Below, piece after piece: positions 56,002 to 64,000 of a stretch of DNA of 64,000 nt. Source of the DNA: Oligoflexia bacterium (GTDB lineage Bacteria; Bdellovibrionota; UBA1018); contig JACMQW010000037.1 in NCBI GenBank assembly GCA_014376785.1, positions 1,944 to 65,943 on the forward strand. Reading direction: 5' to 3'. The translations under genes were made by a program, and so were the position numbers. How positions within the stretch are numbered: the stretch's first letter is position 1; each line of letters begins with the position of its first letter. A model generated the notes under the pieces. It saw only the letters and a program-made list of their open reading frames with translations. It made no database searches and had not been told where the DNA came from.

Positions 56002-57474
56002 ATGGCTGAAAAAATTACTCCCCGTTCCCAAGATTTTTCCCAATGGTATCAAGACATCGTCTTGCAGGCGAAAATGGCCGATTATAGTCCCGTGAAGGGC
56101 TGTATGGTGATTCGCGCAAACGGCTACGCGGTCTGGGAAAAAATCCAACAAGACTTGGACCGTCGCATTAAGAAATCTGGGGCCCGGAATTATTACTTTC
56201 CTTTTCTCATCCCTGAATCTTTTCTTAAAAAAGAAGCTGAACACGTCGAAGGCTTCGCGCCCGAGCTCGCCATCGTAACCCATGCCGGTGGGAAGAAACT
56301 TGAAGAGCCGCTTGTCGCTCGCCCGACCTCAGAGACGATCATCAATTCGATGTTCGCAAAATGGATTCAGTCGTATCGAGATCTTCCGCACATGATTAAC
56401 CAATGGGCAAACGTGATCCGTTGGGAAATGCGCACCCGCTTGTTTCTTCGAACGACGGAATTTCTATGGCAGGAAGGTCACACTTGTCATGCGACGGCCG
56501 AAGAAGCGGAAGCTGAGACTCGCACCATGCTGGGTGTTTATCGCGACTTTGCCGAAGAAATCCTTGCGATGCCAGTATGCTGGGGTCGCAAATCAGATAA
56601 CGAACGCTTCGCGGGCGCCCTTCGCACTTACTGTATTGAAGGGATGATGCAAGACAAGAAAGCCCTTCAAGCGGGTACTTCGCATAATCTTTCGACGAAT
56701 TTTGCGAAAGCGTTTGAAACCCAGTTCTTGGATAAAGACGGAAAACAAAAATTGGTTCATCAAACTTCGTGGGGAGTTTCCACTCGTTTGATCGGAGGGA
56801 TGATCATGACCCATTCCGACGATAAAGGACTCGTCCTTCCTCCGCGATTGGCAACGACCCATGTGGTGATTGTTCCGATTATGCCGAAAGCGGACACGAA
56901 AGGGGCGGTCATCGCCGCGGCCGGGTCACTTCGAACCGAGATTGAGAACTCGGCTGCAGTGAAAGCGCTCCCCTATGAGATCGGCATTTTAGTAGACGAC
57001 GATGATCAGAAGCAGGCGGGTTGGAAGTTTCATGAGCATGAATTGACCGGCACTCCGATCCGGATAGAGATCGGTCCACGCGATCTAGAAAAAGGGACGG
57101 CAGTGGTCACTCGCCGGGATCTTGGGGTGAAAGAATTTGTCGCGTTGTCTGAAATACCCGCGAAAATTGCAGGAGATCTGGCGGCTATGCAGGGCGAGAT
57201 GCTCGAAAAAGCCCGGAAATTTAGAGACGAGAATACTTTCGAAGTCGATACCTATGACGAGATGAAATCGAAAATCGAACAGGGCGGTTTTTTCGTGGTT
57301 TCGTGGTCAGGCGATAGTCTGCTGGAGAAAAAAATTAAAGAAGAAACCAAAGCGACGATCCGCTGTCTGCTTCTAGATGAAAATTACGAGCCGAAGAAAT
57401 CTTCAAAACCCTGTTTCTATACGGGTGAGAAGTCCGAGAAAAACGTGCTCGCGATCTTTGCTAGAAGTTATTGA
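56002..57474 (+). CDS. proS: Proline--tRNA ligase (archaeal/eukaryote-like short type)
   Basis: About 490 aa from the ATG at 56002 ([20 protein letters not shown]). Class II motifs FRWEMRTR-like ([22 protein letters not shown]) and [11 protein letters not shown], plus a C-terminal ProRS-specific domain ending in Tyr. Confidence 0.9.
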   Translation: MAEKITPRSQDFSQWYQDIVLQAKMADYSPVKGCMVIRANGYAVWEKIQQDLDRRIKKSGARNYYFPFLIPESFLKKEAEHVEGFAPELAIVTHAGGKKLEEPLVARPTSETIINSMFAKWIQSYRDLPHMINQWANVIRWEMRTRLFLRTTEFLWQEGHTCHATAEEAEAETRTMLGVYRDFAEEILAMPVCWGRKSDNERFAGALRTYCIEGMMQDKKALQAGTSHNLSTNFAKAFETQFLDKDGKQKLVHQTSWGVSTRLIGGMIMTHSDDKGLVLPPRLATTHVVIVPIMPKADTKGAVIAAAGSLRTEIENSAAVKALPYEIGILVDDDDQKQAGWKFHEHELTGTPIRIEIGPRDLEKGTAVVTRRDLGVKEFVALSEIPAKIAGDLAAMQGEMLEKARKFRDENTFEVDTYDEMKSKIEQGGFFVVSWSGDSLLEKKIKEETKATIRCLLLDENYEPKKSSKPCFYTGEKSEKNVLAIFARSY

Positions 57475-57484
57475 GCGGTAACCT

Positions 57485-58258
57485 ATGCCTCTGAATCCAA
57501 ATAAGAAAACTAGAGCAACGGAGTTAATCGTCGCCTTAGATGTGCCGAAGGGTGAGCTTGCGCTGAAGCTCATGAAAGACTGCGCGGGTCTGCCGATTAT
57601 CTGGAAAGTCGGTTCCGAACTCTTTTTGGCTGAAGGTCCGAATTGGGTGCGGCAACGGGCGGCCGAAGGTTACCGTATTTTTCTGGATTTGAAGTTTCAC
57701 GATATTCCGAACACCGTCATGAAAGCGGCACTCCTAGCCCAAGAAATGGGCGTAGAGATGTTCACGCTCCATTTAACGGGAGGACCCGCGATGATTCGCG
57801 CGGTTCGTGATGAGCTTGAAAAGATTTCAGACGAAAAAGGCATCAAAAGAGCGATGATTTTAGGTGTTTCAGTTCTAACCTCTTTTGATCAGCCTTCATG
57901 GGATGACGTGAGTTTTTCAGTTTCTGGATCTCCTTCGAAGATCGAGGATTCGGTGAAACGGCTCGTTACACAAGCTCGGTATTGGGGCGTAGACGGGGTC
58001 GTATGTAGCCCGCACGAAATTAAAACTGTGAAAAAGGCTGATGCGATTCTCTACACCGTGGTCCCTGGCATTCGGCCCAAAGGGGCCAAAGCGGGTGACC
58101 AAGCACGGATTATGACCCCTAAACAAGCGGCGACGCTTGGAGCGGGAGCCGTAGTAGTCGGACGTCCCATTACGGAGGCTAAAAATCCACGGGTGATGAT
58201 TGAAAGAGTCTTGAAAGAACTCGACACCCCAATCGGAATGCCCGTAAAGGAAAGCTGA
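57485..58258 (+). CDS. pyrF: Orotidine 5'-phosphate decarboxylase
   Basis: 257 aa. LIVALDV, FLDLKFHDIPNT and GRPI motifs. Confidence 0.9.
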   Translation: MPLNPNKKTRATELIVALDVPKGELALKLMKDCAGLPIIWKVGSELFLAEGPNWVRQRAAEGYRIFLDLKFHDIPNTVMKAALLAQEMGVEMFTLHLTGGPAMIRAVRDELEKISDEKGIKRAMILGVSVLTSFDQPSWDDVSFSVSGSPSKIEDSVKRLVTQARYWGVDGVVCSPHEIKTVKKADAILYTVVPGIRPKGAKAGDQARIMTPKQAATLGAGAVVVGRPITEAKNPRVMIERVLKELDTPIGMPVKES

Positions 58259-59034
58259 TGTCGATTATTCACGTAAGAAATCCCCACAGTGTTCTTGCTG
58301 CGCTCGAGCGTCGACCAGACGATGTTTTGTCTGTTCAAATCAGTCCCAGCACGACCGAAGATGCCTGGAAAAAAGTGTCGGAGCTCGCAAGAAAATTAAA
58401 AATCGGTACTCATCAAGTCGCTCCCGAAGCCGGATCTCGGCGTGGCGGAAGGCCCGCGGATCGGATCAGTCGGGACGAACCTAAAGAGGGTGGACGTGCG
58501 TCTGGAAATGAAGCGCGCATTAAATCAAAAGACCCTCTCTCGGCGGCAGATCTTTTTGCGAATGCGCGAGAGCGAGCGGGTGGAAAAGGAATTTGGCTCG
58601 CGCTCGATTCCTTGACGGATCCTCATAACGTCGGCGCTATTTTTCGAATTGCGGGATTTTTTGGCATTGAAGGAATACTGATGACCTCCGAGCGATCGGC
58701 CCCCTTAACCGGAACGGTCTACGATGTTTCTTGCGGAGGGGTCGAGACGGTACCCCATACGGAGCAAGTGAATCTTCAGCGTGCGCTTGAAGTCGCGAAA
58801 GAGGCTGGTTTATGGGTTCTCGGAACGAGTGAACACGCAAAAACGAGCTATTTGGATTTAAAGCGTGATTGTCCCTGGCTGATCGTTATCGGGAATGAAG
58901 AAAAGGGCATGCGCCGACTGACGGCAGAGACCTGCGACGTCACGGTGGGGATTCCGCCGATCGGAGAAGTGACCAGCTTGAACGCTTCGGTTGCGTCTGC
59001 CGTGCTGATTTCGCGTTTGGCCTCGTTGACTTGA
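58258..59034 (+). CDS. rlmB: 23S rRNA (guanosine-2'-O)-methyltransferase RlmB-like (TrmH/SpoU family)
   Basis: 258 aa. SpoU motifs LDSLTDPHNVGAIFR, VIGNEEKGM and IP..G...SLNASVASAV. Contains a basic Arg/Gly-rich insertion. 1-nt overlap with the pyrF stop. Confidence 0.75.
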   Translation: MSIIHVRNPHSVLAALERRPDDVLSVQISPSTTEDAWKKVSELARKLKIGTHQVAPEAGSRRGGRPADRISRDEPKEGGRASGNEARIKSKDPLSAADLFANARERAGGKGIWLALDSLTDPHNVGAIFRIAGFFGIEGILMTSERSAPLTGTVYDVSCGGVETVPHTEQVNLQRALEVAKEAGLWVLGTSEHAKTSYLDLKRDCPWLIVIGNEEKGMRRLTAETCDVTVGIPPIGEVTSLNASVASAVLISRLASLT

Positions 59035-59085
59035 AGTTTGTTCGAAAAATTGAGTAGTTATAAGTTTCTAATCAGATCAGAAAAT

Positions 59086-59253
59086 CTACTTCGTGAAGCG
59101 TTGAACTTCTGCGGCGATCCGTTGGTTTCTGGCCTCGCGATCCGCGACGGGTTCAAGGCGAAGGTAATAACGAGCGGTAATGGTGACCCCCAGAATTCCG
59201 AGCACGAACACACCGAAAAACACAAACCGGCACTGTTTTTTCTCGCATGTCAT
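59086..59253 (-). CDS. Candidate 55-aa single-pass membrane protein (MTCEKKQCRFVFFGVFVLGILGVTITARYY...)
   Basis: GGGGGAG lies ~9 nt upstream of the ATG at 59253, and there is one clear TM helix. A competing plus-strand ORF (59038-59283) has no comparable RBS. Confidence 0.35.
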   Translation of the reverse strand: MTCEKKQCRFVFFGVFVLGILGVTITARYYLRLEPVADREARNQRIAAEVQRFTK

Positions 59254-59344
59254 AAACACCCACTCCCCCTTAATTCTACTTAGGTCGTAAGCAATTGGAA
59301 ATGGGTCTCGCCTGACATACCCTAACCCCTTCAGTTTCAAGGGG

Positions 59345-60334
59345 TTAGGCTTTACGTTCCGGCTTAAGTTTTTCGATTGAGTGAATGTGATCGAGGCGGA
59401 CTGGCCACATCAAGCCACTGGTTTCCCGAAGAAAAAGGAATTCGCCCTTGGGAATTTCCACGATTCTTTCCACTCTTCCGGCGATCGGAGAGATTTCTCC
59501 GTGTGAGCCATAGAATTTTAAGACGACGAGGGTAGCGCGCTCGCGAAAACCGTCGCAGAGAAAATGAAACGCGGAATCAACGCGGAAATACTCTTCTTTT
59601 TGAAAGAGTTGGGAAATGGCGGCAACGAAACTGAGGCTTGAGACTTCGCCTTCTTTCGCGTTTTCCAGATGCTCAGACGGAGTTTGTACGCAGGATTGGT
59701 GGTGAGCGATGCGGGCGAGCAAAATTTCTTCATCAGTTCCTTCGATTTGCATCCACTCATCGACGAGCTGGCGGTCTGCTTCTGGATGAAACTGGAAGCC
59801 GTAAGCAAGATTTCCAAGCCGGAAAGCCTGTCTCGGGCAAATGGCGCTTTCTGCCAGAAGAACGGCATCTTTAGGAGGGAAGAACGTATCGTAATGCCAC
59901 TGATAGAATTTCGGTAAGAGTCCTGCGGCGCTCATCAGAGGGTCTTGAGCACCGTCTTCGGTCACTTTGACTTGAAACCAGCCTATTTCGGGATGGGGGT
60001 TGATGCTCACTTTTCCGCCCAGCGCTCGAGCGAGCATCTGGCCACCTAGGCAGATTCCGGCGATGGGAATCCCGGAGGCAAACACACGCCTCATCAATCG
60101 AATTTCTTCCGTAATCCAGGGATAATCGAGTTCGTCATTTGCACCCATTGGTCCGCCCAGCGACACAAGTCCGTTGATTTGACTCACCTCAGGAAGCTTT
60201 TCGTCATTCCAAATTTGGCAAACGAGAGACGGGATTCCTTGAGACTCCAGAGCACGACGGAGTGCTGCAGCATGCTCATGAGGCGCATGTTGGATGATCA
60301 AAATAGGAAGTTGGATGCTTGGGCGCTGCGGCAT
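59345..60334 (-). CDS. Class I glutamine amidotransferase (GuaA-N-like) with an additional ~100-aa C-terminal domain of unknown function
   Basis: 329 aa. Nucleophile elbow GICLGGQMLA and FQFHPE (the His/Glu of the triad). The last ~100 aa are unassigned. Confidence 0.75.
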   Translation of the reverse strand: MPQRPSIQLPILIIQHAPHEHAAALRRALESQGIPSLVCQIWNDEKLPEVSQINGLVSLGGPMGANDELDYPWITEEIRLMRRVFASGIPIAGICLGGQMLARALGGKVSINPHPEIGWFQVKVTEDGAQDPLMSAAGLLPKFYQWHYDTFFPPKDAVLLAESAICPRQAFRLGNLAYGFQFHPEADRQLVDEWMQIEGTDEEILLARIAHHQSCVQTPSEHLENAKEGEVSSLSFVAAISQLFQKEEYFRVDSAFHFLCDGFRERATLVVLKFYGSHGEISPIAGRVERIVEIPKGEFLFLRETSGLMWPVRLDHIHSIEKLKPERKA

Positions 60335-60390
60335 TTCTAAATTCTCTTTCCTGTTTGTTTTTATCCTACCCCCCTGAACTGAGTAACGCG

Positions 60391-60419
60391 TTGACTTTTA
60401 GCGCTGAATTTGAAAATTT
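60391..60419 (+). promoter_or_regulatory. Sigma70-like promoter candidate for the tRNA-tuf operon
   Basis: TTGACT (60391-60396), 17-nt spacer ending in a TG-n extended -10 element, then AAATTT (60414-60419), ~75 nt upstream of the first tRNA. Confidence 0.3.
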
Positions 60420-60493
60420 TCTTTTCTGATTCGACGAATTAAATGCACACAAACAGAGAGATTTTCGAACTCTTCTGGCGTTTGAAAGTTTTC

Positions 60494-60569
60494 GCTGGGA
60501 TAGCTCAGTTGGTAGAGCAACGGTTTTGTAAACCGTAGGTCAGGGGTTCGAGTCCCCTTCCCAGCTCCA
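60494..60569 (+). tRNA. tRNA-Thr (anticodon UGU), CCA encoded
   Basis: Cloverleaf folded by hand: acceptor GCTGGGA/TCCCAGC, D arm GCTC..GAGC, anticodon stem ACGGT/ACCGT with loop TTTGTAA, T arm AGGGG-TTCGAGT-CCCCT. Confidence 0.95.
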
Positions 60570-60745
60570 CTTTTGGGGCGAATCGTTGAAACGTGGAAAA
60601 TTCCTGAAATTGCTGTTGGATTTCAAGAAAGCCTGACGTAGAAACTAAACGCTTCCATCAATCTTAGATGTAGAAAGTCGCTTCAAACCCGCTGGGTTTG
60701 AAGCGGTTGAGTTTTAAGACGGTTAGAGGCGGCCTTAGGTAAGGC

Positions 60746-60831
60746 GGAGAGATACCCAAGTGGCCAAAGGGATCAGACTGTAAATCTGACGGCGTTAGCC
60801 TTCGAAGGTTCGAATCCTTCTCTCTCCACCA
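60746..60831 (+). tRNA. tRNA-Tyr (anticodon GUA), long variable arm, CCA encoded
   Basis: Acceptor GGAGAGA/TCTCTCC, anticodon stem TCAGA/TCTGA with loop CTGTAAA, long variable arm, T arm GAAGG-TTCGAAT-CCTTC. Confidence 0.95.
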
Positions 60832-60930
60832 CTTCAAATCCTCTTGAGGAATTTTCTTCGAGATGATCTGAAGCGGTGACTTAGTGAAACTGAAGTTGTA
60901 CGGATGTTTCACTAAGTGCGCAGCGTGTGG

Positions 60931-61007
60931 GCGGGAATAGCTCAATTGGTTAGAGCATCGGCTTTCCAAGCCGAGGGTTGAGAGTTCGAGTCTCTTTTCC
61001 CGCTCCA
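60931..61007 (+). tRNA. tRNA-Gly (anticodon UCC), CCA encoded
   Basis: Acceptor GCGGGAA/TTCCCGC, anticodon stem TCGGC/GCCGA with loop TTTCCAA, T loop TTCGAGT. Confidence 0.95.
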
Positions 61008-61037
61008 TTTTTTTAAAGCCTACGTAAGTAGGTGTGC

Positions 61038-61114
61038 GCTCTTGTAGCTCAGTTGGCTAGAGCACTCCCTTGGTAAGGGAGAGGTCTCGAGTTCGAATCT
61101 CGACAAGAGCTCCA
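61038..61114 (+). tRNA. tRNA-Thr (anticodon GGU), CCA encoded
   Basis: Acceptor GCTCTTG/CAAGAGC, anticodon stem CTCCC/GGGAG with loop TTGGTAA, T arm TCGAG-TTCGAAT-CTCGA. Confidence 0.95.
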
Positions 61115-61256
61115 CTTTTTAAGCCCTATGTGGATCGGGGTGGGTAGGTACCTGGTGACAGGGATTCTGCTCGAAATGATTCACCCAAACGCATCTCGAG
61201 AGAGATGATGTGCAATTAACGAGTTCGCTCGTTCTCGCTGTGGAGGCCCAGAAGGT

Positions 61257-62447
61257 ATGTCTAAAGAGAAATTCTCACGAAATAAACCCCACGTGAACAT
61301 CGGAACCATCGGTCACGTCGATCATGGTAAAACGACACTTACGGCGGCGATCACCAACACCCTGGCGAAGTCCGGACTTGCGCAAGCTCGTTCGTACGCC
61401 CAGATCGATAACTCTCCAGAAGAGAGAGAGCGCGGAATCACGATCAACACCACCCACGTGGAGTATGAAACTGCAAACCGCCACTACGCTCACGTTGACT
61501 GCCCGGGTCACGCCGATTATGTGAAAAACATGATCACCGGAGCTGCGCAGATGGACGGAGCGATTCTCGTTTGTTCCGCTGCTGACGGCCCGATGCCCCA
61601 AACCCGCGAGCACATCTTGCTTGCTCGTCAGGTCGGAGTTCCAGCTGTCGTCGTGTTTTTGAACAAGTGCGATATGGTGGATGACTCTGAGCTTCTCGAT
61701 CTCGTTGAGATGGAAGTCCGCGAACTGCTTTCGAACTACAAATTTCCTGGCGACGATATTCCAGTGATCAAGGGTTCTGCAGTGAAGGCCCTCGAAGGCG
61801 ATCAGTCCGAAATTGGCGAACCGTCGATCCTTCGTTTGATGGCTGCTTGCGACAGCTATATCCCTCAGCCGAAGCGCGAAGTGGATAAGCCGTTCTTGAT
61901 GCCGGTAGAAGACGTTTTCTCGATCTCTGGTCGAGGGACTGTTGTTACAGGGCGTATCGAGCGCGGAGTGGTGAACGTCGGAGACGAAATCGAAATCATC
62001 GGAATTCGCCCAACGACCAAAACCACCGTTACGGGCGTTGAAATGTTCCGTAAGCTCCTCGACCGCGGTGAGGCTGGCGATAACATCGGCGCTCTCCTTC
62101 GTGGAACGAAAAAAGAAGACATCGAACGCGGACAGGTTCTTGCTGCTCCGGGAACGATCACTCCCCATAAGAAATTCAAAGGACAAGCATACGTTCTGAC
62201 CAAAGAAGAAGGCGGACGTCACACTCCTTTCTTCAAAGGTTACCGTCCGCAGTTCTACTTCCGTACCACTGACGTCACCGGCGTTGTAACCCTCCCAGCA
62301 AACGTTGAGATGGTTATGCCTGGAGATAACGTTGAGATCGAAGTCGAACTCATCACGCCAATTGCCATGGAAAAAGAGCTGCGCTTCGCTATTCGCGAAG
62401 GTGGCCGTACCGTCGGCGCTGGCGTCGTCGCTCAGATCATCGAGTAA
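61257..62447 (+). CDS. tuf: Translation elongation factor Tu
   Basis: 396 aa. [18 protein letters not shown] and NKCD G-motifs, with near-universal EF-Tu sequence throughout. Confidence 0.98.
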   Translation: MSKEKFSRNKPHVNIGTIGHVDHGKTTLTAAITNTLAKSGLAQARSYAQIDNSPEERERGITINTTHVEYETANRHYAHVDCPGHADYVKNMITGAAQMDGAILVCSAADGPMPQTREHILLARQVGVPAVVVFLNKCDMVDDSELLDLVEMEVRELLSNYKFPGDDIPVIKGSAVKALEGDQSEIGEPSILRLMAACDSYIPQPKREVDKPFLMPVEDVFSISGRGTVVTGRIERGVVNVGDEIEIIGIRPTTKTTVTGVEMFRKLLDRGEAGDNIGALLRGTKKEDIERGQVLAAPGTITPHKKFKGQAYVLTKEEGGRHTPFFKGYRPQFYFRTTDVTGVVTLPANVEMVMPGDNVEIEVELITPIAMEKELRFAIREGGRTVGAGVVAQIIE

Positions 62448-62500
62448 TTGATCCGCAGCGATTCGCTGTGGGATGAATGAAGTCCTGTCTAGCTTCCGCA

Positions 62501-62536
62501 GGGTGGAGAGCCTTAAATGGTTCTCCACCCGTTTGG
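62501..62536 (+). terminator. Hairpin / probable terminator or processing stem downstream of tuf
   Basis: GGGTGGAGA-N12-TCTCCACCC 9-bp stem followed by GTTTGG. The T-tract is short, so it may be only partially efficient, which would fit read-through into tRNA-Trp-secE-nusG. Confidence 0.5.
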
Positions 62537-62599
62537 AGTTTGATGGGAATTGGTTCTGAGAACCTGAACACTTTTTAAGAAAAGGTTTTTAAAGAGAGT

Positions 62600-62675
62600 A
62601 GGGCAGTAGCTCTAATGGTAGAGCGGCGGATTCCAAATCCGTAGGTTGTGGGTTCGAATCCCTCCTGCCCTGCCA
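62600..62675 (+). tRNA. tRNA-Trp (anticodon CCA), CCA end encoded
   Basis: Acceptor AGGGCAG/CTGCCCT, anticodon stem GCGGA/TCCGT with loop TTCCAAA, T arm GTGGG-TTCGAAT-CCCTC. Confidence 0.95.
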
Positions 62676-62763
62676 CTTTAAGCCGGAGTAAAATTTCTCC
62701 CCTTAGCAGACTCTTAAAAACCGCTTTCATAAAACCCGAGTTCAGAAGGAAGGTTGAATCAGG

Positions 62764-63138
62764 ATGGAAAATACCAACCAAAAGTGGGTGAACTTCACGT
62801 TCCTCGCATTCAGTGTTTTGATCGGCTACCTTGTGTTTGCCGCTCTTTTTAAGCTTGCGGGTGTTTACGATTTCGAAGCCAAAGTGAAAAACATCGATCT
62901 TTTGATCCGAATGGTTTCGCTCGGCCTTGGAGCTGTTCTTTTTTTCGGGCTCTACAAGAACGAGTCTGCGAATCAGTTCATGCATGAAGTCGTCACCGAA
63001 CTTTCTCGTGTGACTTGGCCTACTCAAAAAGAAACTACATCAGCGACTTTTGTAGTCGTTATAATGGTTTTAATCACGGGCTTGCTACTTGGCTTGCTCG
63101 ATAAATTCTGGACCCTTGTGATCCAATGGATTCTCTAA
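62764..63138 (+). CDS. secE: Preprotein translocase subunit SecE (three-TM form)
   Basis: 124 aa. Three TM helices and the conserved EVVTELSRVTWPTQKET segment before the last TM. Canonical position upstream of nusG. Confidence 0.9.
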   Translation: MENTNQKWVNFTFLAFSVLIGYLVFAALFKLAGVYDFEAKVKNIDLLIRMVSLGLGAVLFFGLYKNESANQFMHEVVTELSRVTWPTQKETTSATFVVVIMVLITGLLLGLLDKFWTLVIQWIL

Positions 63139-63149
63139 TGGAGACCGTC

Positions 63150-63692
63150 ATGTCGTCGTCCACTGAAATGTCATGGTACGTTGTTCATACCTACTCGGGG
63201 TATGAAAATAAGGCGAAAATGGCGCTTGAAGAGCGCGTTCGTTCTGCAAAAAAAGAATCAGATTTTGGCGAAATCATCGTTCCTGAGGAAAACGTCGTCG
63301 AATTAAAAAACGGTCAGAAGCGGACGACGAAGCGCCGTTTTTTTCCAGGTTACATTCTGGTGAAGATGATTCTGACTGACGAGACTTGGCACATCGTTAA
63401 GAACACGCCGAAAATTACCGGGTTCGTAGGGGACCGTTTAAAGCCTGTTCCGGTGCCGCAAGACGAAGTCGATAAAATGACGAACCGAATTGCCGAAGGT
63501 CAGTCGAAGCCTCGTCCAAGGATTGCCTTCTCCGAAGGCGAAAAGGTCCGGGTTGTTGACGGTCCTTTCGCTAATTTTAGCGGTGTGATCGAAGGCGTTA
63601 ATCCAGACAAAGGAAAAGTAAAAGTATCCGTAAGTATCTTCGGACGGTCTACTCCGGTCGAACTTGACTTTATTCAGGTTGAAAAAGTTTAA
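63150..63692 (+). CDS. nusG: Transcription termination/antitermination factor NusG
   Basis: WYVVHTYSGYENK..., FPGYILVKM, and a KOW motif (GEKVRVVDGPFANFSGVIEGV). I prefer the ATG at 63150 (GGAG 6 nt upstream) over the track start at 63126, which overlaps secE. Confidence 0.9.
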   Translation: MSSSTEMSWYVVHTYSGYENKAKMALEERVRSAKKESDFGEIIVPEENVVELKNGQKRTTKRRFFPGYILVKMILTDETWHIVKNTPKITGFVGDRLKPVPVPQDEVDKMTNRIAEGQSKPRPRIAFSEGEKVRVVDGPFANFSGVIEGVNPDKGKVKVSVSIFGRSTPVELDFIQVEKV

Positions 63693-63786
63693 AAGGTCAT
63701 GTTAGGACCCGAAAACTCTTAATTTTAAATCCAACAGCGGCATCTTCCTCTGCGGAAGGGTAAACCGGTAGAGGAAGAAGTGATTT

Positions 63787-64000
63787 ATGGCAAAAAAAGT
63801 AACAGGTCAGATTAAGCTCCAAATTCCAGGCGGACAAGCAAACCCAGCTCCACCAGTCGGTCCAGCGCTCGGACAACGTGGTGTGAACATCATGGAGTTC
63901 TGCAAAGCGTTCAACGCTAAGACGCAGGATCAAAAAGGGATGATCATCCCTGTCATCATTACGGTTTATTCCGACCGTTCTTTCACTTTCGTAACCAAAA
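63787..64000 (+). CDS. rplK: 50S ribosomal protein L11, N-terminal part (runs off window end)
   Basis: Hand translation from the ATG at 63787 gives [71 protein letters not shown], the canonical L11 N-domain. Not in the ORF track because it is truncated. Confidence 0.95.
   Translation, partial: MAKKVTGQIKLQIPGGQANPAPPVGPALGQRGVNIMEFCKAFNAKTQDQKGMIIPVIITVYSDRSFTFVTK

Noticed and set aside
60664-61008. 114-aa minus-strand ORF, and a 150-aa ORF at 62575-63027
   Set aside because: They run straight through tRNA genes (Tyr/Gly and Trp respectively) and, for the second, through the secE 5' region. They are artefacts of ORF calling.
61275-62528. 417-aa minus-strand ORF antisense to tuf
   Set aside because: EF-Tu on the plus strand is certain. 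The antisense frame stays open because of codon bias and shows no protein-like motifs.
1-64000. CRISPR arrays, IS elements, integrases, prophage, toxin-antitoxin or defence islands
   Set aside because: No spaced direct repeats, inverted terminal repeats, transposase/integrase/RT-like ORFs or clusters of unknown genes were seen. tRNA genes here are followed by tuf and secE, not by integrated elements. Gene content and tight operon packing indicate core genome.

Overview
This 64-kb window reads as a densely packed, mostly housekeeping chromosomal segment of a Gram-negative, flagellated bacterium. The gene content (TonB/ExbBD, LolA-like, MsbA-like, MotAB) and mid-range GC judged by eye suggest a Bdellovibrio-like or deltaproteobacterial lineage, but that taxonomic guess is low confidence. 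I support about 58 protein genes. They include six aminoacyl-tRNA ligase or translation genes (asnS, glyQS, leuS, proS, tuf, rsgA), several rRNA/tRNA/ribosomal-protein modification genes (trmL, queG, rimO, an rsmB-like gene, rlmB), smc, recO, ppdK, pyrD/pyrF, and a split transketolase. There is also a complete TonB-ExbB-ExbD-receptor module, motAB, an NtrY/NtrC-like two-component pair, and the conserved block tRNA-Thr-Tyr-Gly-Thr-tuf-tRNA-Trp-secE-nusG-rplK. The first gene (a sugar phosphotransferase) and the last (rplK) run off the window edges and are missing from the ORF track, so I translated them by hand. Several track ORFs carry spurious N-terminal extensions that overlap neighbouring genes, and I trimmed these to internal starts. 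I saw no CRISPR array, transposase, integrase, phage gene or recognisable defence gene, and no convincing novel multi-gene system, so this looks like core genome. The best leads are small or non-coding. They are (1) a 565-bp gene-free gap holding an SD-led 27-codon ORF and a promoter-to-terminator structured RNA candidate, (2) a stand-alone 24-codon polylysine micro-ORF with a strong SD, a 5' hairpin and a terminator, (3) a single-ORF GalE-GmhB fusion, (4) a tightly coupled yajQ-rimO-rhodanese-queG operon, and (5) a glutamine amidotransferase with an unassigned C-terminal domain. All functional calls come from motif recognition by eye. No database search was run.
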